Positions 9,709-20,645 of a stretch of DNA of 64,000 bases are shown here, one piece after another. The stretch's first letter is position 1; each line of letters begins with the position of its first letter. The position numbers and the translations under genes were made by a program. The stretch comes from an uncultured virus (IMG/VR IMGVR_UViG_3300030118_002929). Lineage: Duplodnaviria > Heunggongvirae > Uroviricota > Caudoviricetes. The stretch lies in the IMG/VR virus record IMGVR_UViG_3300030118_002929; one strand, written 5' to 3'. The notes beneath the pieces are model-generated. The model did not search any database and was not told the origin of the DNA. It was given only the letters and a program-made list of their open reading frames with translations.

Positions 9709-11067
9709 ATGGCAGCAATTATAACGGATAAGTTTCGTATTCATAACGCCGAATCCTACATAGAAGGATTTAGCGAGAGTGCGGCAACTAACATATATCT
9801 TTTCATTGGTCGACCACAACCGTGGACTAATGATACCTCTCCTGATACACCAGTTGACAACCCAAACACTCACTTTAATGCATATGATGATATCGTAGCA
9901 TTGAAAAGAGTAAATACTGCGGATGTATCTCATGCAATCGTGAGAAGAAACTGGACATCGGGAACAACATATGATGCATATCAACATGATTATTCATCTT
10001 CAAATACTGCAAACTCTGGAGCAACTTCATTGTCTGCGGCGACATTCTATGTACTAACTGAAGATTTTAATGTTTACAAAGTTATCGACAACGATGGCAA
10101 TACTGCATCAACTGTAAAACCAACAGGTACTGGTACTGGAATTATCACTACTGGAGATGGATACAAATGGAAATTTATGTATACCATTTCTGCCTCAGAT
10201 GCAATTAAATTTTTATCAACAGACTTCATGCCTGTTAAATTTATAACATCTGACCCAGGTGCTGGACAACCATATAAAACGCAATTTGATGCCCAACAAG
10301 CGGCAGTCAATGGTGCGATTTATAGAATTAAAGTAACTGCAGGTGGATCTGGATATTCAGGAACACCAACTGTAACAATTTCAGGTAACGGTTCGTCTGC
10401 AACTGCAACTGCAACCGTGGCAGGAAATGCCGTAACTGCAATCACAGTAAACAATGTGGGTACTGGTTACAATCAAGCAACTGTTACAATATCAGGCGGT
10501 GGTGGATCAGGAGCAACTGCAGTAGCAGTTATTTCTCCAGAGGGTGGACATAGTTCTAACCCAGTTCACGAATTAGGCGGATTCTATGTAATGAATAATG
10601 TAAGACTTGAATACGCAGATGGTTCTGGTGACTTCCCAGTTTCTAACGATTATCGTAGAATAGGATTAATCAGAGATCCATTTGACTTCGGTACAACTAA
10701 TGTCGCAACTGCGGCAACATTAAGTGCTTGTAAGACAATTACTTTACAATCAGGCGGTCTATCTGGAACATTCCAAGTTGACGAAACAATTACTGGAGGT
10801 ACTTCAAGTGCCCAAGGTAAAGTTGTTAACTGGGATTCTACAAATAGAATATTGAAATACTACCAAGATATTAACACAGGGTTTGGAACTTTCCAAACAT
10901 CTGAAACTATATCAGGTGGAACTTCAAGTGCATCTGGAACTTCAAGTGCTTTAGGCAATCCTGAAGTAGCGGCAGATAGTGGAGATATTATGTATCTTGA
11001 ACATAGAAGACCTATCAACCGTGCGTCAGACCAGATTGAAGATATAAAATTAGTTGTAGAATTTTAA
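9709..11067 (+). CDS. gp8: Baseplate wedge subunit gp8
   Basis: MAAIITDKFRIHNA, YLFIGRPQPW, DGYKWKFMY, DQIEDIKLVVEF. Confidence 0.9.
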   Translation: MAAIITDKFRIHNAESYIEGFSESAATNIYLFIGRPQPWTNDTSPDTPVDNPNTHFNAYDDIVALKRVNTADVSHAIVRRNWTSGTTYDAYQHDYSSSNTANSGATSLSAATFYVLTEDFNVYKVIDNDGNTASTVKPTGTGTGIITTGDGYKWKFMYTISASDAIKFLSTDFMPVKFITSDPGAGQPYKTQFDAQQAAVNGAIYRIKVTAGGSGYSGTPTVTISGNGSSATATATVAGNAVTAITVNNVGTGYNQATVTISGGGGSGATAVAVISPEGGHSSNPVHELGGFYVMNNVRLEYADGSGDFPVSNDYRRIGLIRDPFDFGTTNVATAATLSACKTITLQSGGLSGTFQVDETITGGTSSAQGKVVNWDSTNRILKYYQDINTGFGTFQTSETISGGTSSASGTSSALGNPEVAADSGDIMYLEHRRPINRASDQIEDIKLVVEF

Positions 11068-11075
11068 TCTAAATA
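11068..11075 (+). promoter_or_regulatory. Late promoter variant TCTAAATA inside an 11-bp inverted repeat (11063-11087)
   Basis: tttaatctaaa-tac-tttagattaaa, upstream of SD GGAG. Confidence 0.55.
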
Positions 11076-11105
11076 CTTTAGATTAAACAGATATCGGAGA
11101 TTTAA

Positions 11106-14100
11106 ATGGCAGTCATTGACTTTAATGTATCACCTTATTATGATGATTTTGAAACAAATGCGAAAGGTAAAGGTTATCACCGAGTTCTCTTTCGACCAGG
11201 TTTTCCTGTTCAAGCGAGAGAGTTAACTCAGTTACAATCTATACTACAAAATCAAATTGATAGATTTGGTAAACATATGTTCGAAGATGGGAGCATGGTT
11301 ATACCAGGCGATATCAACTTTGATTTAGAATATGATTTTGTTAAGATACAATCAACATTCAACGCAACGAATGTTGAAAGTTATAGAACTGACTTTTTAA
11401 ATAAAATTATTATTGGCGGTACCACAGGTATTAGAGCAAAAGTTATTGGGACAGTCGCTGCCACATCCTCAGACCCATTAACTCTTTATATTAAATACGA
11501 AACTTCTGGTACTTCAGACAATAATTTCGATATTAAAAAATTTGAAAATGGTGAAATTATTACATCACTAAATGCAAATAATACTACAATTAAAAACCCA
11601 TTACTCTCAACTAATCAAACTACAGAAATCAGCGCCCAGTTACAAACCACAGACGCAACTGGGACTGGTTCTGCAGTAAAAATTAATTCTGGTGTTTATT
11701 TTATTAACGGATTCTTTGTAGCAAATTCACAACAAACAATATTACTAGACAAATATTCAGATAGACCTTCTTATAGAATAGGATTTGAAGTAACACAATC
11801 TACAGTTACTCCTGAAGAAGATACTCAACTAAATGATAATGCTCAAGGTTCATCAAACTATGCCGCACCAGGTGCCCATAGATATGACATTTCAGTAACC
11901 CTTGTAAAGAAAACTTTAACAGAAACTACAGATACAAACTTTGTTGAACTTGCAAGACTAGAGAATGGTACAATACAAAGATATTCTAAGTATGCCGATT
12001 ATGCAATACTAGAACAAACACTTGCAAGAAGAACTTTTGACGAGAGTGGTGATTATGAAGTTAAACCTTTTCAATTAGACATTAGAGAGCATTTACTTAG
12101 TGGTAATAATCGAGGTGTATTTACTACTGCAGACGGAGGTCTTGAAAGTAAACTTGCTTTAGGACTAGAACCTGGTAAAGCATATGTCAAAGGTTATGAA
12201 ATAGAAAGTTACGCAAAGAAATTTATTTCTGTAGATAAACCTAGAACTTTTGATAGAGAAACAGATAAACCTATACAAACACCAATAGGTAACTTTATTG
12301 TTGTTAAAAATGTTACAGGTATGCCTGATATTGATGAGTTCGAAGTATTAGATATTCACGATGATTTAAAAGGTGGTTCACCTGCCGTAATAGGAACATG
12401 TAGAGTAAGAGGTTTTATATTACATAGTGGTGATTATACTGGCACACAAGCAAACATGGAATTTAAACTTGGTATCTTTGATATCAAGATGAATGACGGA
12501 AAAGATTTTACAAGAGATGCAAGAGGTTTCGAAAACTCAGGCAATACATTTAATTGTGATATTAAACCTACTCTTAAAACACTACAAGGTACTGCAACAA
12601 CAACTTCAAGTTCAACTGCACTAGTTGGGCAAGGAACAAGTTTCTTAACAGAATTAAAAACTGGTGATGTAGTATTCATTGATGGAGAAAGAATAGGAGA
12701 GATTGCATCTGCCACAGGAAATAATTTAAGTAAAACATTAACTGCTAATGGATTGCAGGCAAAAACTGCAGGTGTCATTTCAAGATTTGAAGCACCTTTG
12801 ACAAGACCTGACCAAAAAATATTAGTATTTCCAACTAACTTCTTTAGAATGAGAAAAGTAAGAGGAGATAGTGTATCTAATCCAGATAATGTTAAATCGT
12901 CTTCATACACAGTTAGAAGAAAATTTGCAACGGCAACTGTAGCATCAGGTTCTGTATCATTTACTTGTGCAGGAACTAATGAAACATTTACATCAATCGC
13001 ATCACTCAAAAATTATACATTGATTGTTAACACAGGACAATCACCAACTACTGATGGAGAAATCGCAGATATAACATCAAGCAATCTAGCACTATCAGGA
13101 TCAGATAGAACACTTACAATATCAAATTTAGGAAGTTTATCTACTAATGCTTTAGCAGATGGAACCACAGTAGATTTAATTGCCTCAGTTAGAGTTGCTT
13201 CAGATGATGGTGTGGAAAAATCTAAAACTTTAAATAGTAATTCTACAGTACAAATTTCAACTGCAGTAGCGGCACAGAAAACAGAAATCACTTTAGGTAA
13301 AGCAGATGGATTTGCATTAAAATCTGTCAAGATGGCGGCAGACTTTAGTACAAATGCAGTATCAACTGATACAGATATTACAAACAGATTTACTTTTGAT
13401 GATGGTCAAAGAGATGCATTCTATGACTTATGTAGAATTAAATTAAAACCTGGTCAACCTGTACCAACAGGAAGACTATTAGTTACATTTGACTTCTTTA
13501 CTCATGGTGCTGGAGATTATTTCTCAGTAGATAGTTATGATGGTGTTGTAGATTATACTGTAATACCTCAATACAAATCTAAAGACCAAGATGGTAGAGT
13601 TTTTGATTTAAGAGATTGTTTAGATTTTAGACCAAGAGTAGCAGATAGCGGAACAAGTTTCACAGGTAGTGGAGGTTCTGTAGGAGAACTAGTTGAAATA
13701 GGAACTAATGTTGAGGCAGACTTCTCTTATTATTTACCGAGAGTAGATAAAGTTGTTATTGACTACTCAGGTAGAACTACAGTAGTTGAAGGTGTTCCTC
13801 AATTATCACCACACGCACCACAAGATATTGATGATGCAATGACACTATTTGAAGTATCATATTTACCATATGTTTTAAATACAAAAGAAGTTGTCGCTAA
13901 GAAAATAGACAACAAACGATACACAATGAGAGACATTGGTAAAATAGAAAAAAGAGTTACAAACTTAGAATACTATACTTCTCTAAACTTACTAGAAAAA
14001 GAAACTGCAGATTTAGTTGTTAAAGATGCAAATGGTTTAGATAGACTTAAAAACGGATTTATTGTAGATAACTTCTCAGGTCATAATATTGGTAATGTTC

Positions 14101-17100
14101 TAAACGAAGATTACAGAATAGCAATGGACTTTAAACAAAGAATAGTTAGACCTATGTCTAATACTGAAGTTATAGGATTTACTGAAACTGCATCTACAGA
14201 AACACAAAGAACAACTGCAGGATATAGAAAACATGCTGATGGAATTATAACACTTCCATACACAGATGTTGAATTTATTAAAAATCCTTACGCAACAGAT
14301 AGTGTTGATACTAACCCATATAAAGTTGCACCTTATGGGGGTGAAATATTTTTAACACCTGCCTCAGATGATTGGCACGATACTACAAGAAGACCTGATT
14401 TATTAGTAGAAGATGATTCCGCCTTTGATGCAATTAAGTTCTTAGCAGATGAAATCGGAGTTGAAGGAACTGTATGGAATGGTTGGCAAGATAACTGGTT
14501 CGGTCAAACTGAATGGACAGGTTGGCAAACAACTCAATCAGGAGTTCAACAAGGTAACTGGATAGGTAATGTTCAACAACAAGTAGGAACACTACAAGTT
14601 GGGCAAGTAAATTCAGGTATTCAAACAACATTACAATCTAGCACAGTAAATAAAAACTTAGGTGATAGAATTGTATCAATGTCAATGATACCTTTCATGA
14701 GATCCATACCTGTTCATGTAACTGCAACTAACATGAAACCTGATACAAAAGTTTTTGCATTCTTTGATGAAACAAATGTAAGTAATAATGTTTTGCAAGA
14801 TAATACATTTACTGTAACTTCAGATGCAAGAGCAAACTTTGAATTTAAAAACTTTCCTCCTGTAGGAGCAGAGGCACAAACAGATAGTGCTAGAAGTGTA
14901 AATGGTGACTTCCCACTAGCGATGGCATCAGGAGATGTAATTAGAAATCAAACTCATACTGCAACAACTTCTTCAAATGTTGCCGTAGATGGAGGAACAG
15001 GAGTTGTTACTGTAACAGTAGCATCAACAAATGGTATTTCAGTAGGACATCATGTTCAGTTTAGTAACCTAGCAGGAGAAAATGGTTCTGAATTAAACTT
15101 TGATACTACACAAAATAATAACTTCATAGTTTCAAGTGTTCCTAGTTCATCATCAATTACAGTTACTACACTTGCAGGTGGTAATCCTACAATCGCAAGT
15201 CCAGGCGCTCATACAGGAACAGTACAAAGACTTCAAGCAAGTGCGATTGTTGTATTTCAAATGCCTGATGACCAAACAACAGTAAATGACGGAACTGCAA
15301 CTGCAGGATTACCTATTGACATTAATGTAACAAATATTAAAAATGGATTTGCAATTAATGACATTTGCACAGGTACTTTAGCAAATGCAAATGGTAATAT
15401 TAACTCACTTACAATATCAGGAATTAATGGCAATACTACCGCAACAACTCTATCTACATTAAAAGGATTAACTGATAATCTAGTTATAAATGAGCATGGT
15501 GTATTTACAGGTGTCTTCACTATACCTAATAATAACACTACAAGATTTAGAACTGGAGAAAGAGTATTTAAATTAATTGATAATATTAACAATAATAATG
15601 AACTTGGATTACACTCTACAAAAGCAGAGAGAATATTCAGAGCAACAGGTATTAATGAAGAAAGAGAACAAACTATTCTTGCAATCAGAGTACCTGAGTT
15701 TGTAAGAGATAGAGTTCAAGATACAAGAACTATTTCTAGAACTGTAACAGGTGCAACTAGATTCCAAGGAACACAACAACTTGATCCTCCTGGAAGAGAT
15801 GATCCAGATCCAGGACCAAGCAGACACGATCCTTTAGCACAAACATTCACAGTAGATGGTGTAACTGAAGGTTGTTTCTTAACAAAAGTAGATTTATTCT
15901 TCTCAACTAAAGGTGTAAGACCTGTATTAGTACAATTAACAGATGTGTTTGATGGTCACCCAGGTAATAAAATTTTAGCAAGTAAAACTATTCAAGTAGA
16001 AGATGTAAATGTTTCAGATGATGCTCAAACGGCAACTACTGTAACTTTTGATAGTCCTGTTTTTGTAAAAGAAAACACAGATTATGCCATAGTGATAAAA
16101 TGTGATGAACCAGGATTAAAAGTTTACTTCTCAGAGGTAGGCGGTTCTAACATAAGTGATAATAGAACTGTATCATCAAATCCTCTCACAGGAACAATGT
16201 TCTTATCACAAAATGGTTCTACATGGACTCCACATCAACAAAGAGATGTTAAGTTTACACTTCACAGAGCAGACTTCGATGTATCTACAGGTACAGTAAC
16301 TTTAACTAATAACCAAGTTCCTTTACAAGAACTTGAAACAAATCCATTTGAAACAAATACTGGCACAAATAAAGTAAGAGTAAAACATAGAAATCACGGA
16401 TTTAAAGCAAACGATAAAGTTACAATTAGCGGAGTGCCTTCAGGAGTATATGGTGGTAATTCAGCAAGTAATGGTATACCTGCTACAGAATTAAATGGTC
16501 AACATGTCGTGCTAACACCTACGATTGATAGTTATGTAATCGAAGTAACAAGTTCAAATATCACAGGCACAACTTCAGCATTAGTTTCAGACTTTGTTGG
16601 AGGCACAACTGTCAAAGCATCTAGAAATGTAAAAGCAGATGTATTACAACCTACTATCGCATCAATTAAATTACCTAACACTTCATTGTCAACTGTATTA
16701 AATATTTCAGATACAAGTTACACAATGTCTGGTAATAAAACATTAATGCCGAATGATAACTTCTATTCAACTAAAACATTTTTAATTGCAAGTGCTGATA
16801 ACCAAGCAACTAATTTTGCAACACAAGGTCATTCAGCAAAAATGATTGTTACATTAGGAACAAATCATCGTACACTTTCACCTGTATTAGATAGTCAAAG
16901 AATTTCATTGTGTGCAATATCAAATAGAATTGATAACGAAACAGAGGCAACTGTTAATAATTCAGCATTCGATAATAGAACAGTATCAAATGCCGTAAAT
17001 ACAATAGCATTGTCAAACACTAATACGAATATGACTACTGCAAATGCAGATAGAAAAGCAGAATTTTTAACACTAGATATAGGTAAAACAATTACAGTAT

Positions 17101-17618
17101 CAGGAGCATCTAATTCTAATAACAATAAAGATTATGTTGTTACAAGTGTTTCCTCTGATGGCGCAAGTGTAGGACTAACACCTGCACCTGGCACGGACGA
17201 AAGTGCTAGTGCAAATATTACAGTAGTTCAAAAAGAAAGATTTAGAAGTGATATAGCACCTACGGGAGCAACTAACCAAGCAAACTATTTAACGAAGAGA
17301 TTTGTTTTAGAAAATCCTGCAACTGCTATTAAAATTTTATATGAAATGAACAGACCTAGTGGTACAATTTTAGATGTCTATTACAAAATTATTGAAGATG
17401 GTCAAGATTTAAAATTTGATGACATTGCATATAGAGTAGCGGCAACAGATGTAACCGATACTGCAGATGAAGAACCTAGTATCTTTAGAGAAAGAGTTCA
17501 TACTATAAGCGGACTAAATGCGTTTTCAACTATAGCAGTAAAACTTGTATTTAAATCTTCAAATAGTGCGTATGTACCACAAGTTAAAAATTTAAGAGTA
17601 TTAGCATTGGCAACTTAA
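11106..17618 (+). CDS. Large virion structural protein, VrlC/DUF4815-like (2170 aa)
   Basis: NVSPYYDDF..RVLFRPG..VQARELTQLQSILQ.Q, RRTFDESGDY, RYTMRDIGKIEKR, DPLAQTF. Confidence 0.85.
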   Translation: MAVIDFNVSPYYDDFETNAKGKGYHRVLFRPGFPVQARELTQLQSILQNQIDRFGKHMFEDGSMVIPGDINFDLEYDFVKIQSTFNATNVESYRTDFLNKIIIGGTTGIRAKVIGTVAATSSDPLTLYIKYETSGTSDNNFDIKKFENGEIITSLNANNTTIKNPLLSTNQTTEISAQLQTTDATGTGSAVKINSGVYFINGFFVANSQQTILLDKYSDRPSYRIGFEVTQSTVTPEEDTQLNDNAQGSSNYAAPGAHRYDISVTLVKKTLTETTDTNFVELARLENGTIQRYSKYADYAILEQTLARRTFDESGDYEVKPFQLDIREHLLSGNNRGVFTTADGGLESKLALGLEPGKAYVKGYEIESYAKKFISVDKPRTFDRETDKPIQTPIGNFIVVKNVTGMPDIDEFEVLDIHDDLKGGSPAVIGTCRVRGFILHSGDYTGTQANMEFKLGIFDIKMNDGKDFTRDARGFENSGNTFNCDIKPTLKTLQGTATTTSSSTALVGQGTSFLTELKTGDVVFIDGERIGEIASATGNNLSKTLTANGLQAKTAGVISRFEAPLTRPDQKILVFPTNFFRMRKVRGDSVSNPDNVKSSSYTVRRKFATATVASGSVSFTCAGTNETFTSIASLKNYTLIVNTGQSPTTDGEIADITSSNLALSGSDRTLTISNLGSLSTNALADGTTVDLIASVRVASDDGVEKSKTLNSNSTVQISTAVAAQKTEITLGKADGFALKSVKMAADFSTNAVSTDTDITNRFTFDDGQRDAFYDLCRIKLKPGQPVPTGRLLVTFDFFTHGAGDYFSVDSYDGVVDYTVIPQYKSKDQDGRVFDLRDCLDFRPRVADSGTSFTGSGGSVGELVEIGTNVEADFSYYLPRVDKVVIDYSGRTTVVEGVPQLSPHAPQDIDDAMTLFEVSYLPYVLNTKEVVAKKIDNKRYTMRDIGKIEKRVTNLEYYTSLNLLEKETADLVVKDANGLDRLKNGFIVDNFSGHNIGNVLNEDYRIAMDFKQRIVRPMSNTEVIGFTETASTETQRTTAGYRKHADGIITLPYTDVEFIKNPYATDSVDTNPYKVAPYGGEIFLTPASDDWHDTTRRPDLLVEDDSAFDAIKFLADEIGVEGTVWNGWQDNWFGQTEWTGWQTTQSGVQQGNWIGNVQQQVGTLQVGQVNSGIQTTLQSSTVNKNLGDRIVSMSMIPFMRSIPVHVTATNMKPDTKVFAFFDETNVSNNVLQDNTFTVTSDARANFEFKNFPPVGAEAQTDSARSVNGDFPLAMASGDVIRNQTHTATTSSNVAVDGGTGVVTVTVASTNGISVGHHVQFSNLAGENGSELNFDTTQNNNFIVSSVPSSSSITVTTLAGGNPTIASPGAHTGTVQRLQASAIVVFQMPDDQTTVNDGTATAGLPIDINVTNIKNGFAINDICTGTLANANGNINSLTISGINGNTTATTLSTLKGLTDNLVINEHGVFTGVFTIPNNNTTRFRTGERVFKLIDNINNNNELGLHSTKAERIFRATGINEEREQTILAIRVPEFVRDRVQDTRTISRTVTGATRFQGTQQLDPPGRDDPDPGPSRHDPLAQTFTVDGVTEGCFLTKVDLFFSTKGVRPVLVQLTDVFDGHPGNKILASKTIQVEDVNVSDDAQTATTVTFDSPVFVKENTDYAIVIKCDEPGLKVYFSEVGGSNISDNRTVSSNPLTGTMFLSQNGSTWTPHQQRDVKFTLHRADFDVSTGTVTLTNNQVPLQELETNPFETNTGTNKVRVKHRNHGFKANDKVTISGVPSGVYGGNSASNGIPATELNGQHVVLTPTIDSYVIEVTSSNITGTTSALVSDFVGGTTVKASRNVKADVLQPTIASIKLPNTSLSTVLNISDTSYTMSGNKTLMPNDNFYSTKTFLIASADNQATNFATQGHSAKMIVTLGTNHRTLSPVLDSQRISLCAISNRIDNETEATVNNSAFDNRTVSNAVNTIALSNTNTNMTTANADRKAEFLTLDIGKTITVSGASNSNNNKDYVVTSVSSDGASVGLTPAPGTDESASANITVVQKERFRSDIAPTGATNQANYLTKRFVLENPATAIKILYEMNRPSGTILDVYYKIIEDGQDLKFDDIAYRVAATDVTDTADEEPSIFRERVHTISGLNAFSTIAVKLVFKSSNSAYVPQVKNLRVLALAT

Positions 17619-17619
17619 A

Positions 17620-17838
17620 ATGAAAGTAAAAGTAGAAGGACATACAAATTTAGTTAGAGATATGAAAAGCGGAGCGATTATCTCTACAAGTCGAGTTGAA
17701 TATATGAATTATATGAAAGCGGTGAAATTAAAAGAAGAAGAAAAGCAACAAACTAAGAATATGTGTGATGAACTAAATAAACTTAAAGATGAGTTTGCTG
17801 AAATAAAAACTTTATTAAAACAGATTATAGAGAAGTAA
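17620..17838 (+). CDS. Hypothetical protein with coiled-coil C-terminus
   Basis: KVEGHTNLVRD..SGAII, a pattern I recall downstream of VrlC-like genes in marine T4-like phages. Confidence 0.8.
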   Translation: MKVKVEGHTNLVRDMKSGAIISTSRVEYMNYMKAVKLKEEEKQQTKNMCDELNKLKDEFAEIKTLLKQIIEK

Positions 17839-17839
17839 A

Positions 17840-17908
17840 ATGATTATTACAAACAAAAATACTTTACAAAAAATTGTGAATATACTGAAACAATTAAAAG
17901 AGAAATAA
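17840..17908 (+). CDS. Possible 22-aa micropeptide MIITNKNTLQKIVNILKQLKEK
   Basis: Exactly fills the intergenic gap. Resembles gp7 TLQKVVEILKQL (9161-9198), including synonymous substitutions. Confidence 0.45.
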   Translation: MIITNKNTLQKIVNILKQLKEK

Positions 17909-17909
17909 A

Positions 17910-18191
17910 ATGGCAATAACACAAATAAATGGTACAGATACTTTAGACCAATGGAGAGCAAAGACACAAACCATATCTACAAATATGGGTGACCTTGCAA
18001 CATTGACTACAAGTGCAAGTAACTTAGTAGCGGCAGTAAATGAATTAGATAATGAGCAAGGTACATTGTCTAGTTTAGCAACTACAAACAAAGGTAATTT
18101 AGTTGCGGCGATAAACGAATTAAATACAGATATTAATAATCTATCTGGTTTATCAGCGATTGAAAGACCTGTATTAGTGGCATTAGCATAG
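17910..18191 (+). CDS. Fibre or whisker-like virion protein with NLVAA(V/I)NEL repeats
   Basis: DTLDQWR N-terminus and tandem L.TL.T...NLVAA.NEL repeats. Confidence 0.6.
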   Translation: MAITQINGTDTLDQWRAKTQTISTNMGDLATLTTSASNLVAAVNELDNEQGTLSSLATTNKGNLVAAINELNTDINNLSGLSAIERPVLVALA

Positions 18192-18198
18192 GAATAAA

Positions 18199-18552
18199 AT
18201 GGCGGTAATAGATTTTAGTAGAACAATAACTTTTTCAACTTGGTTTACTGGGTCTAATACTTTAGGAACAGGATTAGGAGATGCCGCTTTAATTAATGGT
18301 AGTCTTTCTTCTACAAATGTTTCACAAGGAATAAATGCAGTCGCAAGTCAACAAGGTAATGTTGCATCTTTGGCGATGTCTGCAGATGCAGATGGTGACG
18401 GAACTAATAGTTTAGTAGATGGCATCAATACTGTAGCAGACGAGGCAGGAAGAAAAAGAATATCAGAGGCAGAACCTTTTGCTTATGATATGACACCTTT
18501 AAATGTATTTGGGACAGAAAATGATTTTGATGCCCATGGACATTATGAATAA
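18199..18552 (+). CDS. Virion protein, probable paralog of 17910..18191
   Basis: SD AGGA. Similar pattern (TFSTW..GD..L..NVSQGIN..QG.V.SL..SLVDGIN). Confidence 0.55.
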   Translation: MAVIDFSRTITFSTWFTGSNTLGTGLGDAALINGSLSSTNVSQGINAVASQQGNVASLAMSADADGDGTNSLVDGINTVADEAGRKRISEAEPFAYDMTPLNVFGTENDFDAHGHYE

Positions 18553-18555
18553 ATA
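18548..18555 (+). promoter_or_regulatory. Late promoter variant AATAAATA
   Basis: Overlaps the preceding stop codon, upstream of SD GAGGA. Confidence 0.55.
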
Positions 18556-18575
18556 TAGAGAGATAGAGGAATAAA

Positions 18576-18911
18576 ATGGCAAACGATTTTCAAAACGCAA
18601 TATTTTCTGCGATAGGAACTGCAAGACAAGACCTATATACAACTCCTAGTGCCTCTGGTAAAAGAAGTATGTTAATAGGATTAGAACTTGCAAACACCTC
18701 AGGTGGTGCTATCACAGTTGATATTGAAATTTTTGATAACTCAGCATCCTCGTATGTAGTGATAGGAAATGACATACCGATTCCTGCTAATTCAACATTA
18801 TCTTTTATAACAGGACAAAAAATTGTCCTCGCAGAAAGTGATAAAGTAGCAGTAAAATCTAGTTCAGCATCTTCACTAAATGCGATTGCTAGTATATTAG
18901 AGGATATTTAA
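18576..18911 (+). CDS. ~110-aa virion (putative fibre adaptor) protein
   Basis: F.NA......LYT.PS....LIGL.LAN....IPANSTL....KIVL...D...V...L...SILE. Paralog of 20646..20975. Confidence 0.65.
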   Translation: MANDFQNAIFSAIGTARQDLYTTPSASGKRSMLIGLELANTSGGAITVDIEIFDNSASSYVVIGNDIPIPANSTLSFITGQKIVLAESDKVAVKSSSASSLNAIASILEDI

Positions 18912-18914
18912 TAA

Positions 18915-20603
18915 ATGAGATATATAGGTAACCAACCTAGAGTAACAGGAAACAGAATAGGCGGTGGTACAATCACTACCTTTGCATCTACTGGTATAGA
19001 TGATAACGCAACTGGTAATAAATTAACTATTACAGATGCAACATCTACATTCGGTAATGCCTTAGCAGTAACAGGTAATGCAACAATTACTGGTAATGTT
19101 CTTCCTGAAGCAGATAGTTCTAGAGACTTGGGTACTACCTCAGTTCGTTTTGCAAATTTATTTGTTGATGATATTACAACAACAACTGCCATAACTGCTC
19201 CTACAATTAATGTAGAAACTGCATTACTACCAGATGCCTCTGATGGTGCATCGTTAGGAAGTGCAAGTCATGAATTTTCAGATTTATTTTTAGCAGATGG
19301 TGCCGTAATTAATTTTGGTGATGACCAAGATGTTACACTTACACATAATCACGATGTAGGACTTACACTTAATACTAAACTAGTAGTACAAGGTGCTTTT
19401 GAGGCAACAGGATTATCTGCAGACCTACAAGGAACTACACCTGTTCTTACATTAAAAGATACTGATACAAGTGGTGCATCGGCAGATGCAGAGATTGTAT
19501 TTAAAGATAGTGCTAATACAAATCAAGCAATATTAGGTATCGAAGGAAACAAATTACAATTAGTTACTGAAGATAATGGTTCAGGTGCATCGGGTATTAC
19601 ATTAGGATTAGGAACTAGAACATCAAACAAATCTTTCATAGAGATGACAGAGAGTGGTGGTGTTAATGTTAGAGTTAACGCAAGTAACACTATCGCTTTT
19701 AGTAACGCAGGAACAATCACAGGTTCAGGTTCTCAATTTTCTGCAGTTACAGTTGGTGCAGTAATTACAGTATCAGGTGCAGGTCAGGCGGCGAACAATA
19801 CAGAGTTTAGAGTTATTAATAAAGTAGGTGATGCACTTACCGTTGTAAACAGAGATGGTGGTAATCCTACAACTGAAAGTGCAGGTGCTTCAGTAACAGT
19901 TACCGAAGATAGAAAAAGATTAATTACAATACCAGATGTCGTTGAGACTGCGGCATTTACGGCACCTCAATCAGATAGTTCAACTAAGATTGCGACCACA
20001 GAGTATGTTAGAACTGCTATTACAAACCTCATAGGGGGTGCTCCAGGGGCGCTAGATACATTAGATGAACTTGCTAGTGCATTGAGTGATGACGCCTCAT
20101 TTGCGAGTACAACTACTGCCGCAATCGCAGATAGATTAGATAGAGATTTTTCAACTCTTACAACTGCAGGTATTGAAAGTCTTAATGACAAAGTTGCAGA
20201 TGTATTTGTGGCAAACGGAACTCATACAGTTCAAGGAGCAGGTAATACTTTAACTGCTACAGATAACGATGCCGCTGATGGTGTCGATTTAGCAATCGTA
20301 CTAAATGATCCTACAATAACACTATCAGGAAATGTAACAGGTTCTGCTACAATGACAGATTTACAAGATGTCTCAATAACTACTACATTAGGTGCAGTTG
20401 TTGACCATAGTAAACTTGTAAATCTTGCTAACACGAATAATATAGTAACAGGACTAACTGCTAAATCAAGTATCGCTAGTAATGATGCTTTGATTATTGC
20501 AGATAGTGCCGATGATTTTAAATTGAAAAAAGTAAATAGAAGTATTGTTGCCCCACCAGCATTCACAGAAGACTTAGGATTCTTCACGATAGCGATGGCG
20601 TAA
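18915..20603 (+). CDS. Tail fibre protein
   Basis: YIGNQP N-terminus, KIATTEYV..GAPGALDTLDELA.AL.DD..FA fibre motif, Thr/Gly-rich. Confidence 0.75.
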   Translation: MRYIGNQPRVTGNRIGGGTITTFASTGIDDNATGNKLTITDATSTFGNALAVTGNATITGNVLPEADSSRDLGTTSVRFANLFVDDITTTTAITAPTINVETALLPDASDGASLGSASHEFSDLFLADGAVINFGDDQDVTLTHNHDVGLTLNTKLVVQGAFEATGLSADLQGTTPVLTLKDTDTSGASADAEIVFKDSANTNQAILGIEGNKLQLVTEDNGSGASGITLGLGTRTSNKSFIEMTESGGVNVRVNASNTIAFSNAGTITGSGSQFSAVTVGAVITVSGAGQAANNTEFRVINKVGDALTVVNRDGGNPTTESAGASVTVTEDRKRLITIPDVVETAAFTAPQSDSSTKIATTEYVRTAITNLIGGAPGALDTLDELASALSDDASFASTTTAAIADRLDRDFSTLTTAGIESLNDKVADVFVANGTHTVQGAGNTLTATDNDAADGVDLAIVLNDPTITLSGNVTGSATMTDLQDVSITTTLGAVVDHSKLVNLANTNNIVTGLTAKSSIASNDALIIADSADDFKLKKVNRSIVAPPAFTEDLGFFTIAMA

Positions 20604-20606
20604 TAT

Positions 20607-20614
20607 TATAAATA
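20607..20614 (+). promoter_or_regulatory. T4-type late promoter
   Basis: Intergenic TATAAATA. Confidence 0.8.
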
Positions 20615-20645
20615 TGTATAGAATAATTAAAGATAAGGAATAATA

